Shown: in pieces, positions 50,664 through 63,831 of the stretch
Layout: every line of letters starts with the position of its first letter
Position numbering within the stretch: position 1 is the first letter of the stretch
Assembly (NCBI RefSeq): GCF_004010195.1
Contig: NC_057719.1
Span: 6,015,580-6,079,579 of the forward strand
Length of the DNA: 64,000 nucleotides
Reading direction: 5' to 3'
Origin: Chiloscyllium plagiosum
Lineage: Eukaryota
Program-made: the position numbers and the translations under genes
The notes under the pieces: model-generated
The model's input: the letters and a program-made list of their open reading frames with translations, nothing else
Database searches by the model: none
What the model was told of the DNA's origin: nothing

Positions 50664-52019
50664 GTAAGATTGTTATCCCCCTTGGATTTTCTTACAAGTG
50701 TTGTACACCACAAAACTGAAAATTTCTATAAGACATGGCAGCTCTTTTTGGAATTCCTGGACACAGATCTGTCTCCCACCTAATAAGGGCTTTTATAGAG
50801 CCGTAACGATTGTGCTTTACATGTCCAATATCCAGAGAAGGGGGACTGCGAACATATGAATAGGTGAAACTTAATGCTCTCGATATTCGAGAGTTAGTGT
50901 TTTGTTTTGCTGAGCTGTGTTATTATTTATCAGTTTGTTAGTTATTATTTATTCAGTTAAGTAGTTAGTTGGGATTTTTTCATATATATATATATTTATA
51001 CATTTGTACAGGAGGGCGATTTAGGTTTTATAAATTCTTTTTTTGTGTACTTTTTTTGTATTTTTAAAAACTCTATTTTTCAGTAAAAATCTAGTAGGGT
51101 GGAAAAATGTAAAGATAGTGTTTTCACTTATCAGGAAATCCAAGCTAAAGGTTATAAATCTAAGAACACTTAGAAATCCAGCGGGGAATTCAAGGAAACA
51201 TTTTCACCCTGAGTGTAGTTAGAATGTAGAACTTACTACCACTGGAATTAGTTGAAGTAAATAACATAAATGCATTCAAGAAGCTATGAAAACATGAGGG
51301 AGTATGGTATAGAAGGATTTGGTGATGGATTTAGATGATGTGGGGTGTGAGGTGGTGCTCATGGAGTTAAAGCATTGACCTCTTTCTGTGCTGTAAATTG
51401 CATGCGGCATATCAACAGACATTGGCAACATGTCCAAAGCAAATAAGGTCAATCACATTAAGTTCTGCCAGACCTTCCACTATGCGCAATGTATTTTTTC
51501 AAATAAGTGTTACCAGTTGTTTTTGAAGCTGTTAGTTATTAACAATTTTCCAGGCTGCATCTGGAAAGAAAATGCCTTTCATCACATCACTGAAGAATCA
51601 CTGCAATCACACAAGAGGAAAAGATGTGAGCCACATGGTTAACTACCAGAGGTGTTTGTGTTGTTAAAGGTTACCCCAGGGGACAGGAGGTCAGAGTGTT
51701 GATGATCCTTGGGACCTTCACATTCGAGGTTATTGTTTTCCAGTTGCAAAGGGAAAAGGAACCCACTGCATTCCTATATAAGTCTGACTATCAAGTGGGA
51801 AATGTGTTTTTTCGTTTAAAAATGACATTCACTTCACAAACAAAGCACAATTCATGTCCATTGCAACTGGCTCTGCAATTTTCAAAAGGAAATTGGATTT
51901 ATTGTTGAAAAGGAAAGTTGGCAGACAGATGAGCTACGTAAGAATATCAGAAATAGGAGCAGGAGATTATACACCCATTGAGCCTGTTCTGACATTCAGT
52001 ACAATTGTGGCTTCAAGCC

Positions 52020-53150
52020 CAACAAATTTGAGTTACTTGAGAAAATAACAAGCAGGACAGATAAAGGAGAACCAGTAGAAGTAGTGTATTGGATTTCCAA
52101 AAGGCATTTGATAAGGTACCGTACACAAGGTACTTCAAACTTAATAAGATAAAAACCTATAGTTTAAATGCTGTATATTAGCATGAATGGAGGATTGGTT
52201 AACTAATAGAAGACAGAGGGTTGGGATAAAGAAATCATTTTCAGGGTGATGACCTAACTAGGGGAGTTCACCAGGGATCAGTACCTTTTAACAACTACTA
52301 TTCTGTGTTTTACTGTTAAGACCAAAGTGAATAACTTAATGGATATCCACATTCTACTCCATCTGCCATCTTGCTGCCCTCTCAGTAATCTGTCTTTATC
52401 TCTTAGTGACTCTCTATGTCCTTCTCACAGCTTACATTCCTATCTAACTGTGTTTCATCACCTAACTTAGATATATTACTCTGTCTCTTTGTGTATAAGT
52501 CATTAATCTGGAATCTAACTAGCTGAGATTCTAACACTCATCCTTCCAGCATTCTACAAGTCAAAGCCAACTTGAAAATGCCCCAGTTATTGCTACCCTT
52601 TCCCTCCCATTATTAACCAATCCTCTAATCAATTCTAAACTTCACTCCCTACTTTGTATTCTTGTCTTTAATATTAACCTTTTGTGTGTCACTTCATCAG
52701 ATGCTTTTTGAAAATCCAAGAATATGACATCTACTGGATTTCCACGTCACCAAACCAAATTGACTTTGATTATGTTATGCTTTTTGAAGCACATTGTTAA
52801 GACTTTATTGATAACAGATTCCATCACTTTCTAACTGACCAATAACAGGCTATCTGGTTTATACTTCACCATTTTCATTCCTTCACATTTCTTGAATAAA
52901 AGAGTTATATTTGTAAATCTCATTCCAGAATCAAGGAAAACCATCGCCAGTATTTCACTATCATTACAGCCATATCTTCTAGAACTGTGGGACCTGTTGG
53001 CCTATGTTGTGGAGATTCATTGAAAAATGATTCCTTGAGTTTCTCGAGTGCTTTTTCATTAAATGACTTACTTTCATCATCCTTGGCTCCTAAGTTACTC
53101 CCTAAATCTGCTTTGTAATTGGTGCCTTCTACTCTGAAAGAGACAGTCAG
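52020..53150. mobile_element. Degenerate CR1 RT fragments in both orientations
   Basis: ggatttccaaaaggcatttgataaggt (DFQKAFDKV) on +, and its reverse-complement equivalent at ~52700. Confidence 0.7.
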
Positions 53151-53690
53151 GCACAATGGGCTGAATGGTGTCACCTGCGCCTCAGTGTAGGGCTGACCAC
53201 ACTGCATTCATGTCAGGCTCACTCTCCCCTGTGAGCACTATACTCTCAGAGGTACCACTTTTCAGGCAGGATATTAAGTTAATGCCTGTCCCCCCTCCGA
53301 GTTGGTTCTCAGAAATACTATGATGTCGAGCTTTCTCTCATAGCCTTGTTAACATTTGCCCCACAATCATTAGATAATCTGGTCATTGTCTCATTTCTGT
53401 TTGATGGCATGCCATACACAGATTGACTGCAGCATTTTCCTATATTACAACAGTGAGTAAACATGAAAAACCACTTCACTACTCATGAATTACATAGATT
53501 GGTGTAGATGTAGTTGTTAAGGGCATTATAGAAATTTGACTCTACTTCTCTCTTTGATTCTATGAGTGATGACATTTTCTTCTGATTCAGTCAATGTTGC
53601 CTAAGGGTTAAAAATTAAGTCAAACCATATTTTTCTCTGTTTGAAAAGAGACCTACCAATTAAATGTCTCCCTGTCTCGTCCTGTTGCAG

Positions 53691-53912
53691 GGGCTGGTCT
53701 TACAGCAGCTAGGCCGCTGCAGCCTGGCCGAGAAGATCCTCCGCGATGCTGTGCAGGTCAACTCCACCGCCCACGAAGTATGGAACAATCTGGGGGACGT
53801 ACTGCAGGCCCAAGGTGATGACGATGCTGCAACTGAATGTTTCCTCACTGCGCTGGAACTGGAAGCCAGCAGCCCTATTGTCCCCTTCACCATCATCCCC
53901 AGGATACTCTGA
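53691..53912 (+). CDS. TTC7B: Terminal coding exon of tetratricopeptide repeat protein 7B (PI4KA complex scaffold); phase-0 acceptor, 73 aa + TGA
   Basis: Pyrimidine tract and AG (tctccctgtctcgtcctgttgcag, AG at 53689-53690), then [73 protein letters not shown]. This matches the vertebrate TTC7B C-terminus ([21 protein letters not shown]...PFTIIPR) rather than TTC7A. Confidence 0.95.
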   Translation, partial: GLVLQQLGRCSLAEKILRDAVQVNSTAHEVWNNLGDVLQAQGDDDAATECFLTALELEASSPIVPFTIIPRIL

Positions 53913-56484
53913 GCCAAGTGTCTGCTTCCAGTGGGGTAGTGGTCTCAAGGAGGCGTGCACGTTTCCAGCTGCAAGAGGGAAGCTCTATACAATTCCTTCC
54001 CAGTCCTTTCAGCTCTCTGCTGTGATTTTACAAGCTTGTTTTACTATGGACCAAAGCATTCCAGGGGCAAATTTATTTGATCTATAACCCACCCCCACCT
54101 CAAGCAATCCTTGTCTTTTTATTTAGTTCCAGATTTCAGCCACTGTACTCCGGCACAAGTTATAGGTTCAGCTGATGCCCTTTGGTACCCCAGCTGTAGT
54201 TCCCATGTCAGGTTGCTGGAACAACGTTTGACCAGCCCATGGTCCAGGGGATGACAGCAACTGAGTATATGGCCTTGTCTTCGCTAGATCGTTCTCTCTC
54301 TGTGCAATTTCCAGCATTGAGTCACTGGCTTATTTTTGATCTCTTTCTCCCACCTGCCCCAAACCCCTGGGGAGATCAGGGCCTTCTCCTGCTTGTGCGC
54401 CTCAGCACCTCCTTCCCTGTATTCTGTTGGAATGTTACTTTATCATCTACCTCTTCCTTTTCTCAGTCTCCCAACCAACTCTGTCTCTTTCTCTCCTGGA
54501 ATTATAGGCCTGTCATCGTGTAGGTTTTCAATATCATCTCAAAGTTGCCCTCTAACTTTGGCACTGAATCTCAGCCAGGGCCTGGTTAGGGTAACAAAGC
54601 ACAGTGGTGCAGTAGAGATCCTGTGCAGGGAGTAGGCTATTGAATCGGGTGAGGGGTACTTGCACACTGAGCATAACTGGAGAACATTTGCTGTCCACAC
54701 CCCCTGCATAGCTGAGAAACTTGGGCCCTGAAACAGCCTCATCTCAAGAATCAGTCCCTGACCCTGTTCATTGCTGTATATATCTCAATTCTTACAGATC
54801 TTGGCATTCGTATTTAAGATAAGTCCAAAAGTAAGGTATCAGGGCCATTAACAACCCTTCCAACCTCCAACATGACAAAATTCAACTGGGGCAAATGAAT
54901 GAGTGACAACTATCAGGACAAATAGCCTGTAGCTGAAACCTCTGCTGTGCCCGAGCTGGTGGTGGAGTATGTTTTAACTTGAGATCAGAGTGAAGAAAAT
55001 GTCCGTTTCCCAGCAGCTACCTTCCATAAGAAATTTCTGAGATGATGCTGTCTTTAAAATAACAGCTGCTCCACTGAAATAACCTGCAGTCCTCTCCCTT
55101 CTGATGCGTTCGTATTGAGATTCCCTCTTTGCTGGAAGATTCACCCTACTTCATTAGCTTTCATCCAATTGTTACAGATATATTGTCTCTTTCAAGATTT
55201 GCACGGCAAAATGCAATTAAGAATGTTGTCAATCTCTATATCTGAATCATATATATTTATGTAAGGCAATGTTATATTTATATATTTGGACTTTATTCAG
55301 TAAGAGGTGACTAGTAACTGGTGTAACTCTAAATTGCTGAGCTTTAAACATAGAATGCTTCCTACGTTGGACTTAATTTTCAGTGTTGGAATACTGTTGT
55401 TTCACCTTTGAACTCTACATTGCATTCAAACTGTGGGACCATGTAGTGAAAAGGATCAACCAGTGATAGATGAATCACTAGATTAGAGTCCTTTAAAGGA
55501 ACAAAATCCTACACAGATTAATTGTCTCAGAGTTATTCCAGTACATAGTAACTGCCCTGTTAAGTGGATAAATCCTTATTTATATTAGACTGGAGAAGTT
55601 GAATGCTCTTCAACAAAAGAAATACCCGACAGTTGTCAGCATGTGGAGTGTGCGATAATCACTGGTCCGATGTGTGTTGTCAGTCATTGCCTGTAATCAC
55701 ACTGAAGGCTTTTCCTGGGTGTTTTCTGGTGAGTAGTGCTACGCTGTCAAAGGATGCCTCTTCCATTTGAAATTAGAATCGCTCGTTCTAACCCAATTTC
55801 TTTTCACCTCTGAGCAGAATTGCTGGATGTTGTCTCTTAAGCCAAAGGGCCTGCCCCGAGACCACCTTTGGTGATGCCATTAGTCACTGAAGCTGCCAGA
55901 ACATTGTATATGTCAAGTGGTTTTCAAACTTTTCTGAGTGGATCTTCCCCTTCTGCAGCCACACACTGGGGGAGCCTCCTAAAATATTGACATTCCTGTA
56001 AATACAAATCCACATTTTGGGGGGATACCCAGTTGTTACAGCCACACTCACAGTGATCCCCAGCAAACACCTTGATCCACTCCCAATGACACCCACACAC
56101 ACCAAATTCTGTGATCTGCTCCCAGTGATAAATGTGGAGTCCCAACCCTGGAGTTCACCAACAAATATAGACACACTCCTGAGGTACCCCACAACCTCAA
56201 CCCAGTATCGACATATGCCCAAGAATGAACATTAACTGTGGAGCTATTCCCAGGAATCGCTGGTGGATGCTAAGTATTACAACAAGTTATCTTTAACCTT
56301 CCTGTACGGGTAAAGAGAATGATTACTGAATGGACGAAATAAAACCAATAATAATTCTGTAAACAGACATAAAAGTGAATTTTCTTTTATGTCCCCTTCA
56401 TCTGAGTGCATGGACTCCTCGCCTGTACATCATCATCCCACTGACATATCCACTACCCCTTACACATGTACCAATTTTCACCTC

Positions 56485-56730
56485 CCCTGTATCCGCTACC
56501 CCTTCCCCTGTATCCGCCACCCTTTTTCCTGTATCTACCACCCTTTTCTCTGTATCTACCACCCCTTTCCCCTGTATCTGCGCTACTTCTTTCCCCTGTA
56601 TCTGCCACCCCCATACCCTGTATCTGCCACCCCATTTGCCTGTATCCACCACCCCATTTGCCTGTATCCACCACCCTTCTCCTGTATCCGCCACCGTCTT
56701 CCCCTGTAACCGCCACCCTCTTCCCCTATG
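56485..56730. repeat. Minisatellite, ~21-22 bp unit (cctgtatccgccacccctttcc-like)
   Basis: About eleven tandem copies; these produce the overlapping ORFs at 56375-56855. Confidence 0.92.
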
Positions 56731-58336
56731 TGCACCTCTTCCTTCCCCCATTTCTTTCAACATTTAACCTATGTATCACCAACACTTTGCTCCCTTTAAG
56801 CTTAAACTTTGTGCTACACCAGCACGAGCTGGTATTCAGGGAAAAAGGTTTTTAAAATAGTGTTTCAAAAGAGAAAGGAATGGTAATACTTTAAATTTAA
56901 ACAGCTGTGAAAGAGTGACCCTGAAAGAAGTCACTGTTCAGGTCTGTAGCCCTCAGCACAGATAAGATGTCCAGGCGTGAAGGCTCCTCTGCATATCTGA
57001 GACTGGTGTCTCAGCCCATTAAAGAGAAACATTACAAACAGCTTTTGAAGTTATGCACATGCACACCCCTGCTCAAACGTCCTCGTGAATGTAAATGCTA
57101 TTTATTTGATCGGTTTACTGACCAAGCGTCTGAAAACCAGTCTGGCATAAAGCACAGAATGATTGATCTTCATTAGGTATCAAACTGATGAGGCAGTCAG
57201 TCAGCACTGTGCACTGGAATGTGCAAGATGTTTGAGTAGTATTCAAACCGAGTACCCAGAGAATTCTTTCAGAAACTCAATCTGGTGCCTTGTAATTTAT
57301 GTTTAGAACTGAGCCTTTCTTGCCATCGCTGGATATAGCTGCACAATCCAAATGGGTAAGGGCAATAAAATGTTATTACAAGCAAAGTTCTTCACCTCTA
57401 TGGTCTGTTTGGTGTTTTGAGTTGGCATGTTAATAAATACTGATATCTCTCTGGGATTGTCAAATGTTGCAGTATCCAATGGGACATCATCTGTAGTGAC
57501 ATCATAACTACTCTGTAACTGCCTTTGACTAAATCTGCAACCAGACCCCAGTGACATAGTGAAGCCGACGGTGAAATGATGATTTATGTTCCTTCTCTTC
57601 AACCATAGCCTGCCCCACAACCCCCCGCGACTTCCTAGAATCCTTGGGATTCTAGCACATTGCACTAGTTTGAATCACTGGTCAGCAGTGGGTGGGAAAT
57701 CTACAGTGGGCCTCCATCTCTCCGTCACTGCTGACTCCTGCTGGACAAGGTACACAGCTGGATTTCAGATCAGGGCCAAGTTGGGATTCTGTGTGATTGC
57801 CCATGCAGTGGAATAGCCAGCCATGCATGTTGGCTGGTACAAAAAGATGGCCACTTAGGCCAAGGCTAACAGAGGGCCATAAGTAGCTCCTACCTGAAGG
57901 AACTATATTCCAGGAAGAATTAACGCCATCAGAGGCAAGAAAAGTAAAGAGCATTTGGTCACTGAAGTCAGCTTTTGAGTCAGATTCAAGCTCGAACAAA
58001 AAAATATAACTGGATCCTTACTTTAATAAAAGGCACATTAAAAATTCAGCAGTGTAAAAATATTTGTTTTGTTTCTGATTACGTCTGCCAAGTGTGTGTT
58101 TAGTGTATATTTCAAATGGGTTTTACTTGGGCGTTGCTGTATTTGTAGCTGCAAGTTTCATGTATGAAAAATAGCACAAGTGTAATGTGTGTGCATGCTG
58201 GGCTCAAACTGGCAGCTGTCGATACATCTTCATTGCAACTGATGTGAAGAGAAGATATTGTTAATGAAGTGTGACTGATGTTATCATGTTCTGTAATTGG
58301 TCATTTTTTGCACAAGCTCAATATTTATTGATTGTT

Positions 58337-58342
58337 ATTAAA
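58337..58342 (+). terminator. Candidate distal poly(A) signal ATTAAA (alternatives: AATAAA at 56338 and 58025)
   Basis: U-rich upstream context with TGTA motifs, a T-rich downstream element, and repeats resume further downstream. Confidence 0.4.
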
Positions 58343-59067
58343 CTTATTTTCAAATGGACATGGTCTGATTATTTCTTTCCCTTATTTGTGACTACATTAA
58401 TCCACCAGTGGTGATTTCCCTGATGGGGGGAACTGAACCACATGGATCCAGGATGACGTCAGATTGTCCGTCTGAAATCCATGCCAATTTGGACAGGATC
58501 TACAGGGTGTGACTGACCTCACGTTCAAAGGTCAGGCAAGGTTCAGTGGAACTTCATCACTTGGTCACCTGCCGGTTCTCTGTCCCCTCGTAGTTCCACT
58601 CCTACAACCCCATTCATTTGGAGAGTGTCCCAATAGACAGGGTGGGGCTCAGTTGTGATCATTTGATCCAAGACCAAGCCATTACTGGCTGCCCTTTACT
58701 GCACTGGCAGAGGTGGGGACCAGAAGCCCAACTGCCTTTTGAGGGGAACATCAGACCCCCACCCCCACCCACTCAGCCATCCTTACAAACGCGCACACCA
58801 TTTCAAAGAACATGGCAGATGTTATCTCCACAATGTCTCAGCCACAATTAGCAAAACATATTGGCTGTCATCCTGTTGCTGCTTGTGGGACCTTGCTGTA
58901 CAAATTGTCTGCTCCCTTTCCAGTGACTGCACTTCATCAGCTGTAGAGTGTGGTGCTTGGTGAGCCCCTAAGATGTCATGAAAGACACTTGCATTACAGG
59001 CCTGTTTTTGTGAGGATAGGTGTTTGGTGCTGCCCAACACCTCTCCCATTTGAATGGATTTTCTGAG

Positions 59068-59430
59068 TCATAAGACTATAAGACATAGGAGCAGAAATTG
59101 GGCTCTTTGGCCCATCGAGTCTGCTCCGCCATTCAAAAGTGGCTGATAGGTTTTCCAACCCCATTTTCCTGCTTACTCCCCGTAACCTTTAATCCCCTCG
59201 GCAATGAAGAACTTATCTATTGCTGTTTTAAATATACTCAATGACCTAACCACCTCAGCCTTCTGTGGCAATGAATTCCACATCTTCACCGATCTCTGGC
59301 GAAGCATATTTCTTCTTATCTCCGTTTTAAAGGGTCTTCCCTATACTCTAAGGCAGTGCCCTCAGGTCCTCCTCTCTTCTGCCAATGGAAGCATCTTCCC
59401 AACATCCACTCTGCCCAGGCAATTCATAAT
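59068..59430 (-). mobile_element. CR1 3' fragment
   Basis: (taagac)n tail and the cataggagcagaaatt signature. Confidence 0.8.
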
Positions 59431-60559
59431 TACAATACATCTAGTACCGACAGAATAATTACATGATTAATTGCTTAATTGTAACAACAACAGCATGGAA
59501 CTAGGGATTCTCAATATCTACTAGCCACTAATAAGTCTGAAAGGAAATCCAAGAGAAATCTCATAGAGACTGATTTTGTTCAGTTTTTAATGGGAAGTGG
59601 TTGCAGAGGTTAGTGTAGCATTTTAGAGAAGGCATATGAGCAAGAATATGGGCCCATTTTGAGTCCATTGGTCTGTTAAGTGTGTTCCAAATGTCGTATT
59701 GTACTCCTGACCCTGACATCTTAGTTGCAGTCCCCGGTTAACTGCTATCTCAGACAGGACCTACTGTGCTCTCACAGATTAGTTCCAATGTGAATTGCAT
59801 GCTGTGTCATTGAATAAGGATGAACACATCCCATTCTACTTTATTTCACGTGCAGTCATGCCACAGCTCTCAGGTATTCACTTTTTTCTCTTGAATATTC
59901 CTGCTATTCTCTGAGGAATGACATTTCCTGGGATTTTTCTATTAATGTAGTTAAGGAAAACCTCCAATTCTCCTTCCATACCTCATAATTTTGGATTTCT
60001 TTGTTGAAGCATGGTCTTCATTGGATTCTTGTTCAGTGACTTCAAATCAGAAGACACCATTGGGTTTCTAATAGCTGTCTGCAATTGGTTCCAGCTACCT
60101 CATAGCTCCTGATCCCCAGCTGCTTTCTGTAACCGCTCTAAACTGTTCCAGAGCTAGCCTTTGACCACCTGTGTGGGAGAGATCACAGATTAAAAACCCA
60201 AAACCAAAAGAAAATCTCTCAGCGATGTATCTTCACAACAATGTAGTGTACGTTGGATATCCCAGCATCACAACAGATTTATCTGCACAACAAAAAAGTG
60301 TGGCAATGCAGTAGTCACAGGGGTTTTCTTTGTAATAGGCCTGGGACATCAGAACAGAAATAGACCATTCAGCTCCTTGAGCAATTGGATGAGATCATGG
60401 CTTATCTGTGGCCTATCTAAATATGCCTGCCGTTACAGCAGATCCTTTAATACTTCTGCTTAGCAAAAAAAAACTATCTCAAAATGAGTTCCCCTGATTC
60501 TAAACTCTATTGGAGTTGAAATTGGGAGATTATATGTCAGGTAGCTGCTGTTTCACTGT

Positions 60560-62270
60560 CACATTTTTTGATGAGTCAACTATTAATCCAAGTCACAGGA
60601 TTCAGTATTTTATAGGACCTGGCACATTATGATTTGTGTTGTACAACGTGCTTGGTCTCTAAACAATCTGTGACAGATTCAACCCCTGCCACCAAATTGG
60701 AACAATCATCAATCTGAAATGACATCCAGTGTGACAGTGACAAAGGTAAACTATCCTTCCATTTTCTCTTCTCTAATCTTTGATGATTACCCACACCATC
60801 CTCCTCCAGTGCCTCTCCATTATCATCCAAATGGGTGAAACTAGGCTTCCTTGTATTTAGTCATAGTGAGTGTATCGTTTGTTGTTGCTTCTCTTCCCAC
60901 ACAAATTGTCATCTCTGCTGTTAGCCAGTGATCTATCTTTGGCCCTTCCTGTATCTCATCTGCATGCTTCCCTTAGGTAACACCATCTGAAAATGTTGTC
61001 TCTACTGACCCAACTCTCTCAACATCTCCACCCACCATGACTGAACTGTTGCTTACAGGATGCTCATCTGACATTCAGTGCAAGAAAGCTCCTTCAAATA
61101 CATATTGTGAAGGCTGATAACATTGTCATTGAGATGTACATCATTGAGATGGAAACAGATGCTTCAGTCCAACTTGTCCATGCCAAACAGGTATCCTATA
61201 ATAATTTAGTCCCATTTGGCCCATATCCCTCTAAACCCTTCCTATTCATATACCCATCCAGGTATATTTTAGATGTTGTAATTGTACCGGCCTCCATCAC
61301 TTCCTCTGGCAGCTCATGCCACCCTCTGCGTGAAAAAAATTGCCCCTTAGGTCCTTTTTAAATCTTTCTCCTCTGACTTTAAACATATGCCCTCTAGTTT
61401 TGGGACACCCCCCCCCCCCCCCCCGCCCCTCTACCCCCTCCCTCCCCTGCCTCTCTTGATTTTATGAACCTCTATAAGGTCACCCCTCAGTGTCCGACCC
61501 TCCAGGGAAAATACCTCCAACTTATTCAGCCTTATAGCTCAAACCCTCCAAATATGGCAACATCCTTGTAATTTTTTTCTGAATGCTTGCAAGTTTCATG
61601 ACAGGAAGGTCAGAATTGCATGCAGTATTCTGAAAGTGGACTAACCAATGTCCTGTGGAGCCGCAACATGACCTCCCAACCCCTATACTCAATGCACTGA
61701 CCAATAAAGGCAAGTGTACCAAATGCCTTCTTCATTGTGTTTAATCTCTAAACATGATTCCCGAGCTCCTGATCAGTGCCCTCTTGTGAGTCACTCTTTG
61801 AGACTAAAACAGTCTCTTCACAAACCTGGGATTGTGCCTGGCTCCAAGATGATCTTCTGACCATATAACACTAATCCTACCTATTTCCACCTGCATAACA
61901 TCACCTGACTTCACCTCTGTCTCAACACATCTGTTGAAAATCTGATTCATGCCCTTGTCACCCTTGACTCTATCTGATGCACTCCTGGCTAGTGTTCCAT
62001 GTTCCACAAGTTGTACTTGAGGTCACCAAAATCACTGCAATCTTTGTCCTCACTTGCCAAATCCTATTCCCCTATCATTTCGGTGCTCTGTCACCCACAC
62101 TGGCTCCTGCTCAGACAAAGCTGTGATATTAAAATTCCTTGTTTTCAAATCATGTTTTTGCTGCACTTTATCTCTGTAATTTCCTCCAACACAGGAACCC
62201 CTCAAGAGATGCACTGATCCAATATTGTCCTCTTGACCGTCCTCAATTTTAATCAGTTCAGCATTAGCAA
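60560..62270 (+). mobile_element. Old L2-like LINE remnant interrupted by a CR1 fragment (~61125-61740, -)
   Basis: L2-type 3' motifs (gcactcctggct, cactggctcc...attaaaatt). The inner CR1 shows IQKKITRMLP.LEGLSY. Confidence 0.55.
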
Positions 62271-63098
62271 TTGTGCTTTTGCTAATGAGAAGTTGGAGAG
62301 ATTGAACGTGAGGAATCTTTAGCCCACATCCTGTGAGCTGACTTTAGCCCACATCCTGTGAAAAAGATACTGGTACAAGTGATCATGAGCTATCTTCTTG
62401 AACTGCTGCAGTCCATTTGCTATAAGTTGACCCACAATGCCAAAGAGGGAGGGATTTTGACCCAGTGATAGTGAAGGAAAGGCAATACATTTCCAAGTCA
62501 GGATGGTGAGTGGCTTGGAGGGGAACTTGCAGGGGATGGTGTTCCCTTGTCCTTTTAGGTGTCGAGGTCACAGATTTGGTAGGTGGCACCAGGGAATGTA
62601 TCAGAATGTGCCCAAAAGAAAAATGAAAGCAAATAAGACCAGGTAAGTCTGTGATCTGTTCTACTCAAACTCAACCCATCATTGAACTTTCCTGTCTGTT
62701 TCCAAAGAGACAATCTAGTCACATCATGCACACAGAATGCAGATGGGCAATAACTTTTTGCATTGATTTATATTTTTGGTTTTTACCATAGCAACACTTG
62801 GCACTTTAACAAATTAAAACAGCAAATCAGTCAAGCTTGTAGAATTTCAATTACATTATGGCTATCAGATTGCAATGTTAACTGATGTTTGGATTTTTTT
62901 TGCATTTTAGGTCATTGGGAATAAGAACAAAGGAAATCAATCTCCATTTGCAAATAATACGCTGATCCCTATGTTTGTTTTGAAGCCAGATCGGGTCTCA
63001 TCATGTGTTAATGTGGTTGATCTCCGTTGTGGCAGCAGTAAGGGTGTGCTGTTATTCTTGTCCATGGTACAGGGTAGATAGAGAATGTGCCAGTTCAT

Positions 63099-63293
63099 AG
63101 GTAAAAACAAGCACTGCAGATGCTGAAAACCAGAGTCTAGATTAGAGTGGTGCTGGAAAAGCACAGCAGTTCAGGCAGCAACCAAGGAGCAGGAAAATCA
63201 TCGTTTCGGGAAGGGCTTTTGCCCGAAACGTCAATTTTCCTGCTCCTCGGATGCTGCCTGAACTGCTGTTTATTTCCAGCATCACTCTAATCT
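63099..63293. mobile_element. PLE family A fold-back insertion
   Basis: 17-bp TSD agaatgtgccagttcat at 63082-63098 and 63294-63310. Inverted arms at 63136-63210 and 63222-63296. Confidence 0.9.
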
Positions 63294-63520
63294 AGAATGT
63301 GCCAGTTCATTACTATTTAGCATCCACTGTTCAAAGTTATGTTTCTCCACTCAGGCTTGGGATGTGGGTATCACAAAGCCAGCAATTCTTGACAATCACA
63401 GCTGTCTTTGAGGAAGTCCTGGTGAGCTACCTTTTGGAACTGCTGCAGTTTTTGTGTGTAGCTACAATTGCTGCTAAGGATGAATTGTGGGATTTCAGCT
63501 GTCAATAGTGAGCTGTAGGC

Positions 63521-63657
63521 AAAAGTGAGGACTGCAGTTGCTGGAAACCAGAGTTTAGATCAGAGTGGTGCTGGAAAAGCACAGAAGGTCAGGCACCATT
63601 CGAGGAGCATCTTTCCTGATGAAGGGCTTTTGCTGAAACATCAGTTTTCCTGCTCCA
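63521..63657. mobile_element. PLE family A insertion with orientation switch and damaged hammerhead (63616-63642)
   Basis: TSD aatagtgagctgtaggc at 63504-63520 and 63658-63674. Confidence 0.88.
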
Positions 63658-63831
63658 AATAGTGAGCTGTAGGCCATACATTTAGAAGGTACGAAGGAAA
63701 AGCCATAATGAGTTGCATCTTGTAGGTGGTACATCCTGTCACATCCATGCACTGGTTGTGGAGGGAATGGATGTTCAAAGTGGTGAATAAACTGATAATT
63801 GTGTCCTGTATGGGCAATAATATTTTTAGGT

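Larger units (their letters stand above)
44216..50785 (+). pseudogene. L1 ORF2p (endonuclease, RT, Cys-rich tail), disrupted
   Basis: MANDLIKWCTRNIKG, LNVYCPP, YRSISHLNVDFKILSKTLALRL, QMGFIKSR, EKVFDRIEW, ISLSADNVLIFL and a C-terminal CPK...HCLWSC. Many stops and frameshifts. Confidence 0.9.
42467..51085 (+). mobile_element. Near full-length, inactivated L1-clade LINE with nested insertions
   Basis: 5' GGGGGATCCAAGATGGCGGC, ORF1, T-rich spacer, ORF2 (EN-RT-CCHC) and T-rich 3'UTR. The 3' boundary is approximate. Confidence 0.92.
53913..58360 (+). other. TTC7B: Putative long 3'UTR of TTC7B
   Basis: About 4.4 kb after the stop codon nearly free of the interspersed repeats that fill the rest of the window. 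It has AU-rich tracts, several poly(A) hexamers and Pumilio-type TGTAHATA motifs near 54776 and 55998. The end point is inferred. Confidence 0.5.

Noticed and set aside
51278..51290. agaagctat as the 3' TSD of the L1 (matches 42458-42466)
   Set aside because: It lies inside a separate decayed CR1 3' fragment about 200 bp past the L1 end, so it is likely coincidental.
1..53690. Upstream TTC7B coding exons
   Set aside because: I found no segment encoding the expected preceding TPR sequence (…LFPMSH…WYEEAL…). It probably lies upstream of the window, though a by-eye miss is possible.
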